Shown one piece after another: positions 1-9,934 of a stretch of 32,000 nt of DNA (positions within the stretch are counted from its first letter, which is position 1; each line of letters opens with the position of its first letter). The DNA is taken from NCBI GenBank assembly GCA_964536865.1, contig CAZHYN010000003.1:58435-90434 (forward strand), read 5' to 3'. The notes under the pieces were generated by a model. It saw nothing but the letters and a program-made list of their open reading frames with translations, did not search any database and was not told the DNA's origin. Source of the DNA: an uncultured Planctomycetia bacterium (GTDB lineage Bacteria; Omnitrophota; Gorgyraeia; Duberdicusellales; 4484-171). The position numbers and the translations under genes are program-made.

Positions 1-892
1 TAGTACATGTTCCAATATAACCTTGGTTTATAGAAAGTCCTTCGATTTCTTCAACAGGCACACCATTATCTACGCTATGAGGTTTAGCGATGTAGGGAGA
101 AAGTTTAGAGACATCAAATTCTACAATTTTTTCATATTTCGCATCTTTATCAGGATAAAAAGTTTTATATTTTCTAACTCCTATTCTCTCTAAATAATTA
201 AACACTTTTTTGTCAGGAGCTATAATGCCACATTTCGCTCCAAATTCAATACTCATATTTGTTATGGTTAGTCGTGCATCCAGGGATAGTGCTTTAATTA
301 CTTCTCCATCAAATTCCACACACCGATAAGTAGCCCCCCAACAAGTAAATTGTTTGATTATATAAAGAATAATGTCTTTACTAAAAACCCCTTTAGGTAT
401 TTTACCTTTCACAATTATTTTGTAAGTAGAAGGTATCTTAAACCAGTTTTTTCCTGTAACTAAACTCACTGCCAGATCTGTAGAACCTACGCCTAAACCA
501 ATTGCTCCTAAAGCTCCACATGTTGATGTATGAGAATCTGCTCCTAAAATGAGCGCTCCCGGATAAGCAAAACCTTCTTCAATTACTAGTTGATGAGATA
601 TACCTTCCCCAACATCAAAAAGTAAACTTTTCATTTTACTAGTAGCTTCTCTCATTCGAATATGAACTTCCGCTACTCCTATGTTGGGAGCAGGTATACT
701 GTGGTCGATAAATTGAGCATATCTTTTAGGATATTTTATATTTTGAGAGAACTTCTCTAAAGCATCTAGTACTAAAGAGGTAGTTCCATCTTGAGAAAAA
801 CAAAAGTCTACTTTACATACAGCTACGTCACCACTTTTTAAAGATTTTTTAGCGTGATGAGAAAATATTTTCTCAGCGATAGTTTTACCCAT
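1..892 (-). CDS. leuC: 3-isopropylmalate / homoaconitate dehydratase large subunit (aconitase family), N-terminal ~297 codons; C-terminus lies beyond the left edge
   Basis: My translation of the minus strand from ATG 892..890 gives MGKTIAEKIFSHHAKKSLKSGDVAVCKVDFCFSQDGTT... and later ...ILGADSHTST... (around 521..550), typical of LeuC/HacA-type dehydratases. The frame stays open to position 1, so it is absent from the ORF track. The start abuts the stop (893..895) of the upstream aminotransferase. LeuC versus homoaconitase cannot be decided from sequence alone. Confidence 0.8.
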   Translation of the reverse strand, partial: MGKTIAEKIFSHHAKKSLKSGDVAVCKVDFCFSQDGTTSLVLDALEKFSQNIKYPKRYAQFIDHSIPAPNIGVAEVHIRMREATSKMKSLLFDVGEGISHQLVIEEGFAYPGALILGADSHTSTCGALGAIGLGVGSTDLAVSLVTGKNWFKIPSTYKIIVKGKIPKGVFSKDIILYIIKQFTCWGATYRCVEFDGEVIKALSLDARLTITNMSIEFGAKCGIIAPDKKVFNYLERIGVRKYKTFYPDKDAKYEKIVEFDVSKLSPYIAKPHSVDNGVPVEEIEGLSINQGYIGTCT

Positions 893-2065
893 TCAAATCC
901 TAGTTAAAAATTCTTTAATGCGCTGTGCTCCTTTTAGTATATTTTCTTCATTAGTAGAAAAACTCACTCTTATATACCCCTCTCTTCCAAAGCCTATAGA
1001 AGGTATAACTGCTACGAGATATTTATTTAAGAGTTCAGAAGAGAAATCCAAACTACTAAGATTAGTATCTTTTATGCTACAAAATAGATAAAAAGTACCT
1101 TGAGGTTTTATCAGCTTCAATTTAGGACACTCTAAGAATTTCTCATAGATTAAATCTCTTCTTTTTTGAAAAGTATCCTTTACAAAGTTATACCAATCTC
1201 TATTATTTTCTAACGCCTTAATAGCAGCTATTTGAGCTAAACTATTAGGACAAGAAGTAGTATGGTCTACTATTTTAGAAGCTTCTTCCACAATTTTTTT
1301 GGGAGCGACCATAAAACCTATTCGCCATCCAGTCATAGAAAAGCTCTTAGAAAATCCATTTATGGTTATTGTTTTATCTCTTAACCCATCTAGAGAAGCA
1401 AAACTAGTGTGGATGAGATTATCAAAAAGTATCTTTTCGTATATTTCATCACTTAATACAAAAAGAGGCGAATTTCCTATTACTTGTGCTATTTCTTCTA
1501 ATTCCTCTTTAGTATAAGTTATCCCTGTAGGATTGTTAGGATAATTTAAAATTAAAATTTTAGTCTTGGAAGTAATAAGTGCTTTTAATTTCTTAGGATT
1601 TATCTTGAAATTTTCTTCTTCTTGCGTAGATAATATCTTTACCTTTCCTCCAGCAAGTTTAACCATTTCAGGATAGCTTACCCAATAGGGAGAAGGAATA
1701 ATTACTTCTTCTTGAGGATTTAGAAGAGTAAGAAGAGAAATAAATATAGCGAATTTTGCTCCTGCAGTTACAATTATGTTCTCTTCGTTACAGGGAAATC
1801 CGTTTTCTTCGTTTATTTTCTTGGCGATAGCCTTTTTCAGTGAGAGTAGTCCTGTAGAGGGAGTATACTTAGTCGCTCCCTCCTCTAAGGCTTTTTTTGC
1901 TGCTTCTTTTATAAATTCTGGTGTGTCAAGATCTGGTTCTCCTCCAGCAAAGTTTACTACGTCTTTACCTTCTTTTTTTAGTTTTTTAGCCAATGACGTG
2001 AGAGTTAAAGTGGGAGATTTATTTACTAATGGGAGATAACGGTTTATTACCTTTCCCCAATCCAT
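893..2065 (-). CDS. Class I/II PLP-dependent aminotransferase, aspartate-aminotransferase-like
   Basis: 390-aa ORF with ...LNYPNNPTG... and ...NGFSKSFSMTGWRIGF... (PLP-lysine region of fold-type I aminotransferases). It starts 13 nt after the rplQ stop. Confidence 0.88.
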   Translation of the reverse strand: MDWGKVINRYLPLVNKSPTLTLTSLAKKLKKEGKDVVNFAGGEPDLDTPEFIKEAAKKALEEGATKYTPSTGLLSLKKAIAKKINEENGFPCNEENIIVTAGAKFAIFISLLTLLNPQEEVIIPSPYWVSYPEMVKLAGGKVKILSTQEEENFKINPKKLKALITSKTKILILNYPNNPTGITYTKEELEEIAQVIGNSPLFVLSDEIYEKILFDNLIHTSFASLDGLRDKTITINGFSKSFSMTGWRIGFMVAPKKIVEEASKIVDHTTSCPNSLAQIAAIKALENNRDWYNFVKDTFQKRRDLIYEKFLECPKLKLIKPQGTFYLFCSIKDTNLSSLDFSSELLNKYLVAVIPSIGFGREGYIRVSFSTNEENILKGAQRIKEFLTRI

Positions 2066-2078
2066 TATAAAACCAAAC

Positions 2079-2594
2079 TTACAGAGAATCTCTTTCTTTC
2101 TTAAAAATTGATCTTACTCCTTTGATAAAACTTCTTCTAGGTTTTTCTTCTTTTTTAGGAGGGTGTAATTCCGATTTCTCTGGTTTTTCTGTAGGAGTTT
2201 TTTCTCTCTTTTCTCTCTTTTTTTTCTTCATCTTTTTCTCTCTATGAGTCAATTCTATTAGAGATAGTTTTGCGCCATCACCTTTTCGAGAAGTTATATC
2301 TATTATTCGACTATATCCACCATTTATATCTTTAAAGCGAGGGGCAATCTCTGTAAAAAGTCTCTTTACTAATTTATGGTCTTCTAATATCCTGTAAGCT
2401 AAACGACGATTATGGAGAGTGTCAACCTTACCCCACTCAATTAATTTATCTATCCAGCCTCTTATTACTTTTGCCTTTGATTTGGTAGTTCTTATTGCTT
2501 CCCAAATAATCAAAGATCTAACTAGATTCTTTATTAAAGCCTTTCTTTGAGCTCGGGAACGAGACAATTTTTTAGTTTTTTTTCTGTGTCTCAT
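2079..2594 (-). CDS. rplQ: 50S ribosomal protein L17, with a ~55-aa Lys/Glu-rich C-terminal extension
   Basis: N-terminus MRHRKKTKKLSRSRAQRKAL... is canonical L17. It sits directly after rpoA with a 4-nt start/stop overlap. Confidence 0.95.
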   Translation of the reverse strand: MRHRKKTKKLSRSRAQRKALIKNLVRSLIIWEAIRTTKSKAKVIRGWIDKLIEWGKVDTLHNRRLAYRILEDHKLVKRLFTEIAPRFKDINGGYSRIIDITSRKGDGAKLSLIELTHREKKMKKKKREKREKTPTEKPEKSELHPPKKEEKPRRSFIKGVRSIFKKERDSL

Positions 2595-3577
2595 ATCATT
2601 TGGAGTTTTTTTCTGTCGATTTTCATCCCTAAGGAGAGCCCCATACTCTTCAGAAGATTCACTATCTCATTTAGTGATTTTTTTCCAAAATTCCTATAAG
2701 AAAGCATTTCTGCTTCTGTTTTTTCCACAAGATCTGCCAGAATCCTTATATTCGCTTCCCTTAAACAATTAGCGCTTCGTACTGAAAGTTCAAGTTCAGA
2801 GACAGGAATTTTGAGTTTTTCATATAAAGAAATTTCTTCGGGAGTGAGTTCCTCTACTTCTTCTTCGGGGATTTCTCCCAAAGTAAAGAATAACTCCAGA
2901 TGTTTACTTAGAACTTTAGAGGCATAAATTAAAGCTTCTTTTGGTTCTATGCTTCCATTTGTCCATATTTCTAATATCAGTTTATCATAATCAGTCCTCT
3001 TCCCCACTCTGGCATTTTCTACTTTAAAATTTACTTTTTTTATCGGAGTGAATATAGAGTCAATGGGGATAGTCCCTATAGGCATATCCTCACGCTTATT
3101 CATCTCTGCAGGAACAAATCCCCTACCTCTACCAACTTCCATCTCTATTTGAAGATTAGCATCTTTAGAAGTTAAAGTAGCAATATGGGAATCAGGATTA
3201 ATCACTTCTATACTCTCATCAGTTATAATATCACCAGCTTTTACCTCTTTTTCTCCCGAAGCTTTTATATATATTTTTCTAGATCCTTTAGAATAAGATC
3301 TTAGCACAACATTTTTTACGTTGAGCACAATTTGAGGTACATCCTCTTTTACGCCTTTTATAGTAGAGAATTCATGAGGTACTCCTTCTACTTTTATCGC
3401 TGTGATAGCTGCTCCTTCAATAGAAGAAAGGAGAGCTCTTCTTAGGGAGTTTCCTAAAGTTACCCCATAACCTCTCTCTAGAGGTTCAGCAATAAATTTT
3501 CCATAGTAAGGAGTATAGGATCCTTCTTCAATAATTATCCTTTTAGGAAATTGGAAGTCTCTCCAGCTTATACCCAT
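2591..3577 (-). CDS. rpoA: DNA-directed RNA polymerase alpha subunit
   Basis: 328 aa with ...GVTLGNSLRRALLSS... in the N-terminal domain and ...LELSVRSANCL... in the C-terminal domain. Conserved position between rpsD and rplQ. Confidence 0.97.
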   Translation of the reverse strand: MGISWRDFQFPKRIIIEEGSYTPYYGKFIAEPLERGYGVTLGNSLRRALLSSIEGAAITAIKVEGVPHEFSTIKGVKEDVPQIVLNVKNVVLRSYSKGSRKIYIKASGEKEVKAGDIITDESIEVINPDSHIATLTSKDANLQIEMEVGRGRGFVPAEMNKREDMPIGTIPIDSIFTPIKKVNFKVENARVGKRTDYDKLILEIWTNGSIEPKEALIYASKVLSKHLELFFTLGEIPEEEVEELTPEEISLYEKLKIPVSELELSVRSANCLREANIRILADLVEKTEAEMLSYRNFGKKSLNEIVNLLKSMGLSLGMKIDRKKLQMI

Positions 3578-3599
3578 TTTTTTGACCTCCTATCTTTTA

Positions 3600-4229
3600 T
3601 TACTTCGAATATAATTCAACAATTAACTGTTCACTTATAGGAATAGTCAAGTCCTCTTTTTCAGGTAGTCTTTTTATTTTTAATTTCAAGTTCTCCTTAT
3701 CTACATCTATCCAAGTGGGTATACTTCTTTCTTTAGAGTTTATCTCTATATTTTCTTTTATTCTTTTTATCACACTTTCTTTAGCTTTTATTTTAATTTC
3801 TTCTCCCTCTTTAGTAATATAAGAAGGGATATTTACTCTTTTCTCTCCGACAAAAACAAAACCATGTTTTACTATCTGACGAGCTTCGTTTCTAGAAAGA
3901 GCAAATAATGCTCGATAAATGAGGTTATCTAACCTCCGTTCCAAAAGTTGAATGAGCTTTCTACCAGTAACTTCTTTAGATTTAACAGCTAACCTAAAAA
4001 AGCGTTTAAATTGCTTTTCTAGTATTCCATATATTCTTTTTACTTTTTGTTTTTCCCTCAACTGAAGACCATAATAAGATTGTTTTGTTTGTTTCTTTCC
4101 ATGGATACCTGGAGGATAAGTTCTTCGAGAAAGGGGACATTTTTCTGTGGTACATTTGGATCCTTTTAAAAAAAGCTTTGTTCGTTCTCTTCTACACAGT
4201 TTACATTTAGGCCCTAAGTATCTTCCCAT
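3600..4229 (-). CDS. rpsD: 30S ribosomal protein S4 (Cys4 N-terminal form)
   Basis: MGRYLGPKCKLCRRERTKLFLKGSKCTTEKC... matches the S4 N-terminus, followed by an S4 RNA-binding domain. Alpha-operon position. Confidence 0.97.
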   Translation of the reverse strand: MGRYLGPKCKLCRRERTKLFLKGSKCTTEKCPLSRRTYPPGIHGKKQTKQSYYGLQLREKQKVKRIYGILEKQFKRFFRLAVKSKEVTGRKLIQLLERRLDNLIYRALFALSRNEARQIVKHGFVFVGEKRVNIPSYITKEGEEIKIKAKESVIKRIKENIEINSKERSIPTWIDVDKENLKLKIKRLPEKEDLTIPISEQLIVELYSK

Positions 4230-4243
4230 ATTTTACTCCTTAT

Positions 4244-4636
4244 TTACACTCTTCTCTTCTTTCTTGGTCGACACCCGTTATGAGGAGTCGGAGTTACATC
4301 TTTAACCCTCTTTACATTAAGACCTGCACTCTGTAAGGATCTAATAGCTGCTTCTCTCCCTGGACCTGGACCTTTTACGAAGACCTCAACATCACTTAAT
4401 CCCATTTCTTTAACTCGTTTAGCTACATCTAAAGCAGCTAATTGAGCAGCATAGGGAGTGGATTTTTTTGTTCCCTTAAACCCGATAGTTCCTCCTGATG
4501 ACCATCCAATAACGTTGCCATTTGTATCTGTGACAGTAATGATAGTGTTATTAAATGTAGCTTTTATATGCACCATCCCTATAGGAGAAGTTAGATGTAT
4601 TTTCTTCTTTTTTTCTCTTCTTCTTTTTTTAACCAA
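4244..4636 (-). CDS. rpsK: 30S ribosomal protein S11
   Basis: ...[39 protein letters not shown]... is the conserved S11 core. Confidence 0.97.
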   Translation of the reverse strand: MVKKRRREKKKKIHLTSPIGMVHIKATFNNTIITVTDTNGNVIGWSSGGTIGFKGTKKSTPYAAQLAALDVAKRVKEMGLSDVEVFVKGPGPGREAAIRSLQSAGLNVKRVKDVTPTPHNGCRPRKKRRV

Positions 4637-4656
4637 ATTACCCCCTTTCTTTTTAT

Positions 4657-5031
4657 CTAACTTTTCTTCTTTATACCTCCTACACGAGGCCTGGGGCCTT
4701 TTCTCGTTCGGGCATTACAACGAGTACGTTGTCCTCTTACAGGAAGATGTTTTTTATGTCTTATTCCTCGATAGCAACCTATATCCGCCAATCTTCTAAT
4801 ATTCTGGGTTGTTTCTCTTCGTAATTCCCCTTCTACTTTATAATTTGCTTGGATAAATGAAGCAATTTTAGATATTTCTTCGTCACTAAGTTGTGAAGCC
4901 TTTTTCTCTGGATCCACTCCTGTATTCTTTAATACTTCTAAAGCATTACTAGGACCTATTCCATAAATGTAACGAAGAGCTATCTTTAATTTTTTCTCCT
5001 TAGGGATATCTACACCTAAAATTCTTGGCAT
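4657..5031 (-). CDS. rpsM: 30S ribosomal protein S13
   Basis: [26 protein letters not shown]... is a canonical S13 N-terminus. Confidence 0.97.
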   Translation of the reverse strand: MPRILGVDIPKEKKLKIALRYIYGIGPSNALEVLKNTGVDPEKKASQLSDEEISKIASFIQANYKVEGELRRETTQNIRRLADIGCYRGIRHKKHLPVRGQRTRCNARTRKGPRPRVGGIKKKS

Positions 5032-5049
5032 TTTTTCTCCTTTTGCTTA

Positions 5050-5163
5050 TCAACCCTGTCTCTGTTTGTGTTTGGGATTCCTACAAATAACTCTTATTAC
5101 ACCTTTCCTCTTTATTATTCTACATTTGTCACAAATCTTTTTTACAGAAGATTTAACTTTCAT
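5050..5163 (-). CDS. rpmJ: 50S ribosomal protein L36 (zinc-binding form)
   Basis: Not in the ORF track because it is too short. My minus-strand translation from ATG 5163..5161 is [37 protein letters not shown], with TGA at 5052..5050. It has the CxxC...C...H motif and the conserved infA-rpmJ-rpsM position. Confidence 0.94.
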   Translation of the reverse strand: MKVKSSVKKICDKCRIIKRKGVIRVICRNPKHKQRQG

Positions 5164-5165
5164 GA

Positions 5166-5384
5166 TTACTTGTATCGATAAGTTATTCTTCCTCGAGTTA
5201 AATCATAAGGAGAGAGTTCCACTTTAACTCTATCCCCAGGAAGAATTTTTATAAAATGCATTCGCATCTTTCCACTCACATGAGCTAGAACCAGATGTCC
5301 ATTGTCTAATTTCACCCTAAACATAGCATTAGGGAGAGTCTCTACGATTTCTCCTTCAACCTCGATTAATTCCTCTTTACCCAT
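5166..5384 (-). CDS. infA: Translation initiation factor IF-1
   Basis: 72 aa, ...[64 protein letters not shown], an S1-like fold typical of IF-1. Confidence 0.97.
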   Translation of the reverse strand: MGKEELIEVEGEIVETLPNAMFRVKLDNGHLVLAHVSGKMRMHFIKILPGDRVKVELSPYDLTRGRITYRYK

Positions 5385-5388
5385 CTTA

Positions 5389-6135
5389 CTACGTAAGAAT
5401 CCAAGGACCTCTTTTAGTTACTGCTACTGTATGTTCAAAATGTGAACTTAAAGAGTTATCTTTAGTTTTAGCTGTCCACCCATCTTTTAAAAATTCTATA
5501 TAGTAATTTCCCGCGGCTATCATTGGTTCAATAGCTAAAACCATTCCTTCAATAAGGGTTTCTCCCGTATTTTCTTCCCCAAAATTAGGCACTTCTGGAG
5601 GAAGATGAAGTTCCCTTCCTATTCCATGACCTACAAAACTTCTTATTACCGAAAATCCCTCTCTTTCTACGTATCTCTGAATAGCATAACTTATGTCCCC
5701 TACTTTTCTTCCTATCTTAATTCTTTTTATTCCTTCCATTAATGCATTTTTGCATACTTTTACCAATTTCTTCGCTAAAGATGAAGTTTTACCTACCAGG
5801 TAAGTGAAAGCAGTATCTACAAATAAACCATTATACTTTATCCCTAGATCCACACTTACTAAATCGCCCTCTTTTATTGTCTTTTCTTTCGAAGGTATTC
5901 CATGAATTATTTCTTCGTTCACTGAGACACATAAAGAAGCAGGATACCCTTTATAATTTTTAAATGCTGACTCCATTCCAGGATGCTTACTAATTTCTTT
6001 CTCGAAAAAAATTTCTATATCTTTAGTAGTAATCCCAGGTTTTATAATCCATTTCATCTTCTTAATGATTTCGCCTGCTACTTTTCCTGCGTAAGAAGCA
6101 ACTTTTAATTCCTGATAAGAAAGAATATTATCCAT
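5389..6135 (-). CDS. map: Methionine aminopeptidase, type I
   Basis: 248 aa with ...[20 protein letters not shown]... and ...HFEHTVAVT... metal-ligand regions. Conserved adk-map-infA order. Confidence 0.95.
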   Translation of the reverse strand: MDNILSYQELKVASYAGKVAGEIIKKMKWIIKPGITTKDIEIFFEKEISKHPGMESAFKNYKGYPASLCVSVNEEIIHGIPSKEKTIKEGDLVSVDLGIKYNGLFVDTAFTYLVGKTSSLAKKLVKVCKNALMEGIKRIKIGRKVGDISYAIQRYVEREGFSVIRSFVGHGIGRELHLPPEVPNFGEENTGETLIEGMVLAIEPMIAAGNYYIEFLKDGWTAKTKDNSLSSHFEHTVAVTKRGPWILT

Positions 6136-6763
6136 GATTTATTTTTTTTAATATTTCTTGAAATACTTCTTCTGCATTTCGATTAGCATCTACTATGATC
6201 AGTCTATTTTTCTCTTTATAGAAGTTCATTAAAGGAGTACTCTCTCTCTGAAATACAGACCATCGATTTTTAATTACCTCAGGCTCATCATCTTTCCTTT
6301 GGACCAACATTCCTCCGCAGATATCACAGATTCCTTCCTTTTTAGGAGGCATGTTTTCTATATGATAATTAGCTCCACAATCTTTACATATTCTTCTTCC
6401 TGAAAGTCTTTTTATAGCAGTTTCCTGACTGACCTCCAAATAAATAGCTTTATCCAAAGAAAGATTCTTTTTACTCAAGATATTATCTAAGTCCTTAGCT
6501 TGATTGGTGTTTCGAGGATATCCATCGATCACAAAATCTTCTCTATCAATATTCTCTTCAACTACCATAGAAACAATTTCATCAGGAACTAGTAATCCTT
6601 TATACATATACTCTTTTACTTTCTCTCCCAAATAAGTACTCTTTTTAACTTCTTCTCGGAGGATATCTCCTAAGGAAATTCTTTTAATATTAAGCTTCTC
6701 ACTAATAGTTTTTGCTTGGGTTCCTTTTCCTGAGCCCGGTGCTCCTAACAAAATTAGCCTCAT
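6128..6763 (-). CDS. adk: Adenylate kinase with Cys4 zinc LID domain
   Basis: P-loop GAPGSGKGTQ. The LID segment CKDCGANYH...CDICGG is CxxC-x16-CxxC. Confidence 0.96.
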   Translation of the reverse strand: MRLILLGAPGSGKGTQAKTISEKLNIKRISLGDILREEVKKSTYLGEKVKEYMYKGLLVPDEIVSMVVEENIDREDFVIDGYPRNTNQAKDLDNILSKKNLSLDKAIYLEVSQETAIKRLSGRRICKDCGANYHIENMPPKKEGICDICGGMLVQRKDDEPEVIKNRWSVFQRESTPLMNFYKEKNRLIIVDANRNAEEVFQEILKKINHG

Positions 6764-8115
6764 CTCCTTCCCCTCAACTCTTTCCCTTTTATAAATCCTT
6801 CATAGTATCGGATAAGAAGTTGTCCTTCTATCTGGCGCATAGTATCTAAGATTACTCCTACCATAATCAATATAGTTGTTCCTCCAAAGAAGGAAGCTAT
6901 AGCATAAGAGGGAATATTAAATAACTTCATAATAATACCAGGAAGAATCGCTATTATCGCTACATAAATCGCTCCTACAAAGACAATCCTTGTAGCTACA
7001 TAATCTAGATATTCCGCAGTTTGCCTTCCTGGTCTTATTCCAGGGATAAATCCTCCGTATTTCTTTAAATTATTAGCTATCTCCTGGGGATTAAATACTA
7101 TCGCAGTATAAAAATACATAAAGAATAAGATGAGTGCTACATAAATCAAGTTATACCAAAGTCCTCCTTGTCTGAAGATGGTTTGGAAGAATGTGGCTAA
7201 CTTCGTGCTTTTAGGAAAAAAAGTAGCCACAGTTCCTGGGAAAAGGATTACGCTTTGAGCAAAAATAATAGCAATTACTCCTGCCATATCTACCCTTATA
7301 GGGAGATAAGTACTTTGGCCACCATATACTCTTCTTCCAATGATTCTTTTCCCATACTGGATAGGAATTCTTCTTTGAGCTTGGGTAAAAAGTACTACTG
7401 CTAGTACTACTAAAAACCATAGGACTATAAGGCTAGCAACAGTAACTGTGCTAATTTGTCGCTTGCTAGGATCCAAAGGAGAGTAAAGCATCCATAGTTG
7501 ATAGAGTGCAGAGGGGATCCGAGAGATAATACTTGTAGTAATAATTAGAGAAATTCCGTTGCCTATCCCTCTTTCTTGAATCTGTTCTCCTAACCACATA
7601 ATAAATACTGTTCCGCAAGTAAGGGTAAATACTGTAACGAATCTAAACAAAGCTCCAGGGTTAGGAACAATCACTACCCCTCTAAAGTTTTGAGGATTTT
7701 CTAACCACAGCGCCAACATAAACCCTTGGATTAGACAGATAAATAAGGTTAAGTATCTAGTATACTGATTTATCTTTTCATACCCTGCTCTCCCCTCCCT
7801 TGCTATATTTTCCAAGGCAGGAATAATCCCTGTTAGGAGTTGCATAATAATAGATGCAGAGATATAGGGCATTATTCCTAAGGCAAAAATACTCAAACGC
7901 CTTAAGGCTCCTCCTGTGAAAAGGTTAATTATTCCTAGGATTGTTTGCCCTTGGATTTTAGAGAGTTGCTCAAAAAAATTAGATAGAGCTTGACTATCTA
8001 TCCCAGGAGTAGGAATGAAACATCCTATTCGATAGACAATTAAAAGAGAAAGAGTAACAATTACTTTCTTCCTTAGTTCTTCTACTCTGAATATATTACT
8101 CAGTTTAGTAAACAT
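6760..8115 (-). CDS. secY: Preprotein translocase subunit SecY
   Basis: 451-aa polytopic membrane protein. The N-terminus ...ELRKKVIVTLSLLIVYRIGCFIPTPGID... is typical of SecY. Located between rplO and adk. Confidence 0.96.
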   Translation of the reverse strand: MFTKLSNIFRVEELRKKVIVTLSLLIVYRIGCFIPTPGIDSQALSNFFEQLSKIQGQTILGIINLFTGGALRRLSIFALGIMPYISASIIMQLLTGIIPALENIAREGRAGYEKINQYTRYLTLFICLIQGFMLALWLENPQNFRGVVIVPNPGALFRFVTVFTLTCGTVFIMWLGEQIQERGIGNGISLIITTSIISRIPSALYQLWMLYSPLDPSKRQISTVTVASLIVLWFLVVLAVVLFTQAQRRIPIQYGKRIIGRRVYGGQSTYLPIRVDMAGVIAIIFAQSVILFPGTVATFFPKSTKLATFFQTIFRQGGLWYNLIYVALILFFMYFYTAIVFNPQEIANNLKKYGGFIPGIRPGRQTAEYLDYVATRIVFVGAIYVAIIAILPGIIMKLFNIPSYAIASFFGGTTILIMVGVILDTMRQIEGQLLIRYYEGFIKGKELRGRR

Positions 8116-8118
8116 AGT

Positions 8119-8571
8119 TTATTCGGGTAGATACTCTATCCTGCCTCCTCCCTTTTCTATGATTTCTTTAGCTTTTTTAGAAAATTTCTGAGCTTTGAAT
8201 ACACTATCTAGTGAAAATTTTTCTTCAACCTTGGCTAAAATTTTTACAGGCTTTTTCTCCTCTTTTATGAGATTTACTTCCTTCAATTCTTTTGGAGTTA
8301 TCTCTTTTTTATCCTTTATTCTTTTCACTATATCTTTTAAGTTAACAATTTGATACTCCTTAGGTCTTTTAGAGTTAAAGCCCCGTTTAGGTATTTTCCG
8401 CAAGTAAGGAACGTTGCCTCCTCCAAATCCAATATAGTACATTCTTCCCTTACGTTGACCTGTGCCTTTATGCCCTCGGGTACTGGTCTTTCCATGACCA
8501 GAACCAGGACCCCTTCCTACTCTTTTAGGTTTCTTATGCTTCTTGTTGGGTCGAAGTTGAGATATATCCAT
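8119..8571 (-). CDS. rplO: 50S ribosomal protein L15
   Basis: ...[21 protein letters not shown]... is the L15 hallmark. The start lies 38 nt inside the end of rpsE. Confidence 0.95.
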   Translation of the reverse strand: MDISQLRPNKKHKKPKRVGRGPGSGHGKTSTRGHKGTGQRKGRMYYIGFGGGNVPYLRKIPKRGFNSKRPKEYQIVNLKDIVKRIKDKKEITPKELKEVNLIKEEKKPVKILAKVEEKFSLDSVFKAQKFSKKAKEIIEKGGGRIEYLPE

Positions 8572-9040
8572 CTTCTCCCTTCTTAAGGTTACTTAAAGCA
8601 GAGAATGTAGCCTTTACTACATTTATGGGGTTAGTAGATTTCTTTAAAATCTTAGTTAAGATATCTTTTATCCCTGCACATTCACAAATAGCTCTAATAA
8701 CTCCTCCAGCAATTACCCCTGTCCCTCTCCCTGCCGGTTTAAGAAAAACCTCTACTGCACCAAATTCTCCTTTCACTTGATGAGGGATAGTTGTATCCTT
8801 TTTAGGTATTTCTATGAGATTCTTTTTTGCCTTCTTTATTCCTTTTCTTATAGCATCAGCTACTTCATTTGCCTTACCTAAAGCATAGCCTACTTTATTT
8901 TTCCCATCCCCTACCACCACTAGAGCAGAGAAGCCTAAATTCTTCCCGCCTTTAGTAACTTTAGTTACTCGATTTATAAAGATGACCCTTTCGATAAATA
9001 CCTCTTCTTGATCTTTTATAGTTATCTCTTCTTGTTCCAT
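8534..9040 (-). CDS. rpsE: 30S ribosomal protein S5
   Basis: ...[25 protein letters not shown]... is the S5 dsRBD core. The C-terminal tail overlaps the rplO start. Confidence 0.95.
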   Translation of the reverse strand: MEQEEITIKDQEEVFIERVIFINRVTKVTKGGKNLGFSALVVVGDGKNKVGYALGKANEVADAIRKGIKKAKKNLIEIPKKDTTIPHQVKGEFGAVEVFLKPAGRGTGVIAGGVIRAICECAGIKDILTKILKKSTNPINVVKATFSALSNLKKGEDGYISTSTQQEA

Positions 9041-9041
9041 C

Positions 9042-9395
9042 TTAGAATTCTATTCCCTCTTCTCTTAATCCTTCGGCCAAAGCTTTTACTTTTCCATGGT
9101 ATTTAAACCCTGCTCTATCAAAAGAAATCTTATTTATCCCTAGATTAGCAAGCTTTTTTGCAAGTATCTTACCTACTTCTTTTGCTGCTTCTTTTGTGCC
9201 AGATTTTATTTTATTTTCTTTAAACTCTTTACTTAAAGTAGAACATCCTGTAATTACTTTCTGTTCTTCATCGTTAACCAACTGAGCATAAATATGTTTG
9301 TTACTCCTAAATACTACTACTCTTGGTCTCTCGTGTGTACCTTTTATCTTTTTTCTAATTCTTCGATGTCTTCTTTCTCTTCCAACTAGTTTCAT
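9042..9395 (-). CDS. rplR: 50S ribosomal protein L18
   Basis: ...[20 protein letters not shown]... is an L18 motif. spc-operon order. Confidence 0.96.
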   Translation of the reverse strand: MKLVGRERRHRRIRKKIKGTHERPRVVVFRSNKHIYAQLVNDEEQKVITGCSTLSKEFKENKIKSGTKEAAKEVGKILAKKLANLGINKISFDRAGFKYHGKVKALAEGLREEGIEF

Positions 9396-9931
9396 TTTGC
9401 CATTGCTTTACCTAATTTTTTTCTCACTACTTCCTGAGCGTATCTGATTCCTTTTCCTTTATAAGGTTCGGGAGGATAAATAGCTCTCAGTTGAGCAGCG
9501 AATTGACCTACTCTTTGTTTATCTATCCCTTCAATAGTGATCTTATTTGCTCCTCCTAAAGTAACTTTTAAATCTTCAGGAATTGGTATTTCTACAGAGT
9601 GAGAGAAACCTAATTGAAGAATTAAATTAGTCCCTTTTAACTGTACTTTGTAACCCATACCCACAATCTCTAATTCTTTTTTAAATCCCTCAGTAACCCC
9701 TATTACCATATTATTAATTAAAGCTCTGAATGTGCCATGAAGACTTTTGGTCTTTTTATCTTCCCCTGCCCTCTTTACAATGATTTCCTTTTCTCTGATT
9801 TCTACGCTTATAGGAGAAGGTAATTTTAAAGAAAGGTTACCTTTTGGACCACTTACAGATACACTTCTATCTTTAAGTTCTACATTTACTTTCTCTGGAA
9901 TAAGTATAGGTTTTCTTCCTATCCTAGACAT
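9392..9931 (-). CDS. rplF: 50S ribosomal protein L6
   Basis: MSRIGRKPILIPEKVNVEL... is a canonical L6 N-terminus. Confidence 0.96.
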   Translation of the reverse strand: MSRIGRKPILIPEKVNVELKDRSVSVSGPKGNLSLKLPSPISVEIREKEIIVKRAGEDKKTKSLHGTFRALINNMVIGVTEGFKKELEIVGMGYKVQLKGTNLILQLGFSHSVEIPIPEDLKVTLGGANKITIEGIDKQRVGQFAAQLRAIYPPEPYKGKGIRYAQEVVRKKLGKAMAK

Positions 9932-9934
9932 AAT

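Noticed and set aside
893-5052. Alternative genetic code (TGA reassignment, as in some small-genome AT-rich lineages)
   Set aside because: TGA terminates conserved proteins at their expected C-termini (rpoB 24866..24868, rpmJ 5050..5052, aminotransferase 893..895). In addition, tRNA-Trp has anticodon CCA rather than UCA.
7211-7420. 69-aa same-strand, out-of-frame ORF inside secY
   Set aside because: It is fully embedded in the conserved SecY reading frame, has no ribosome-binding site and has an implausible composition.
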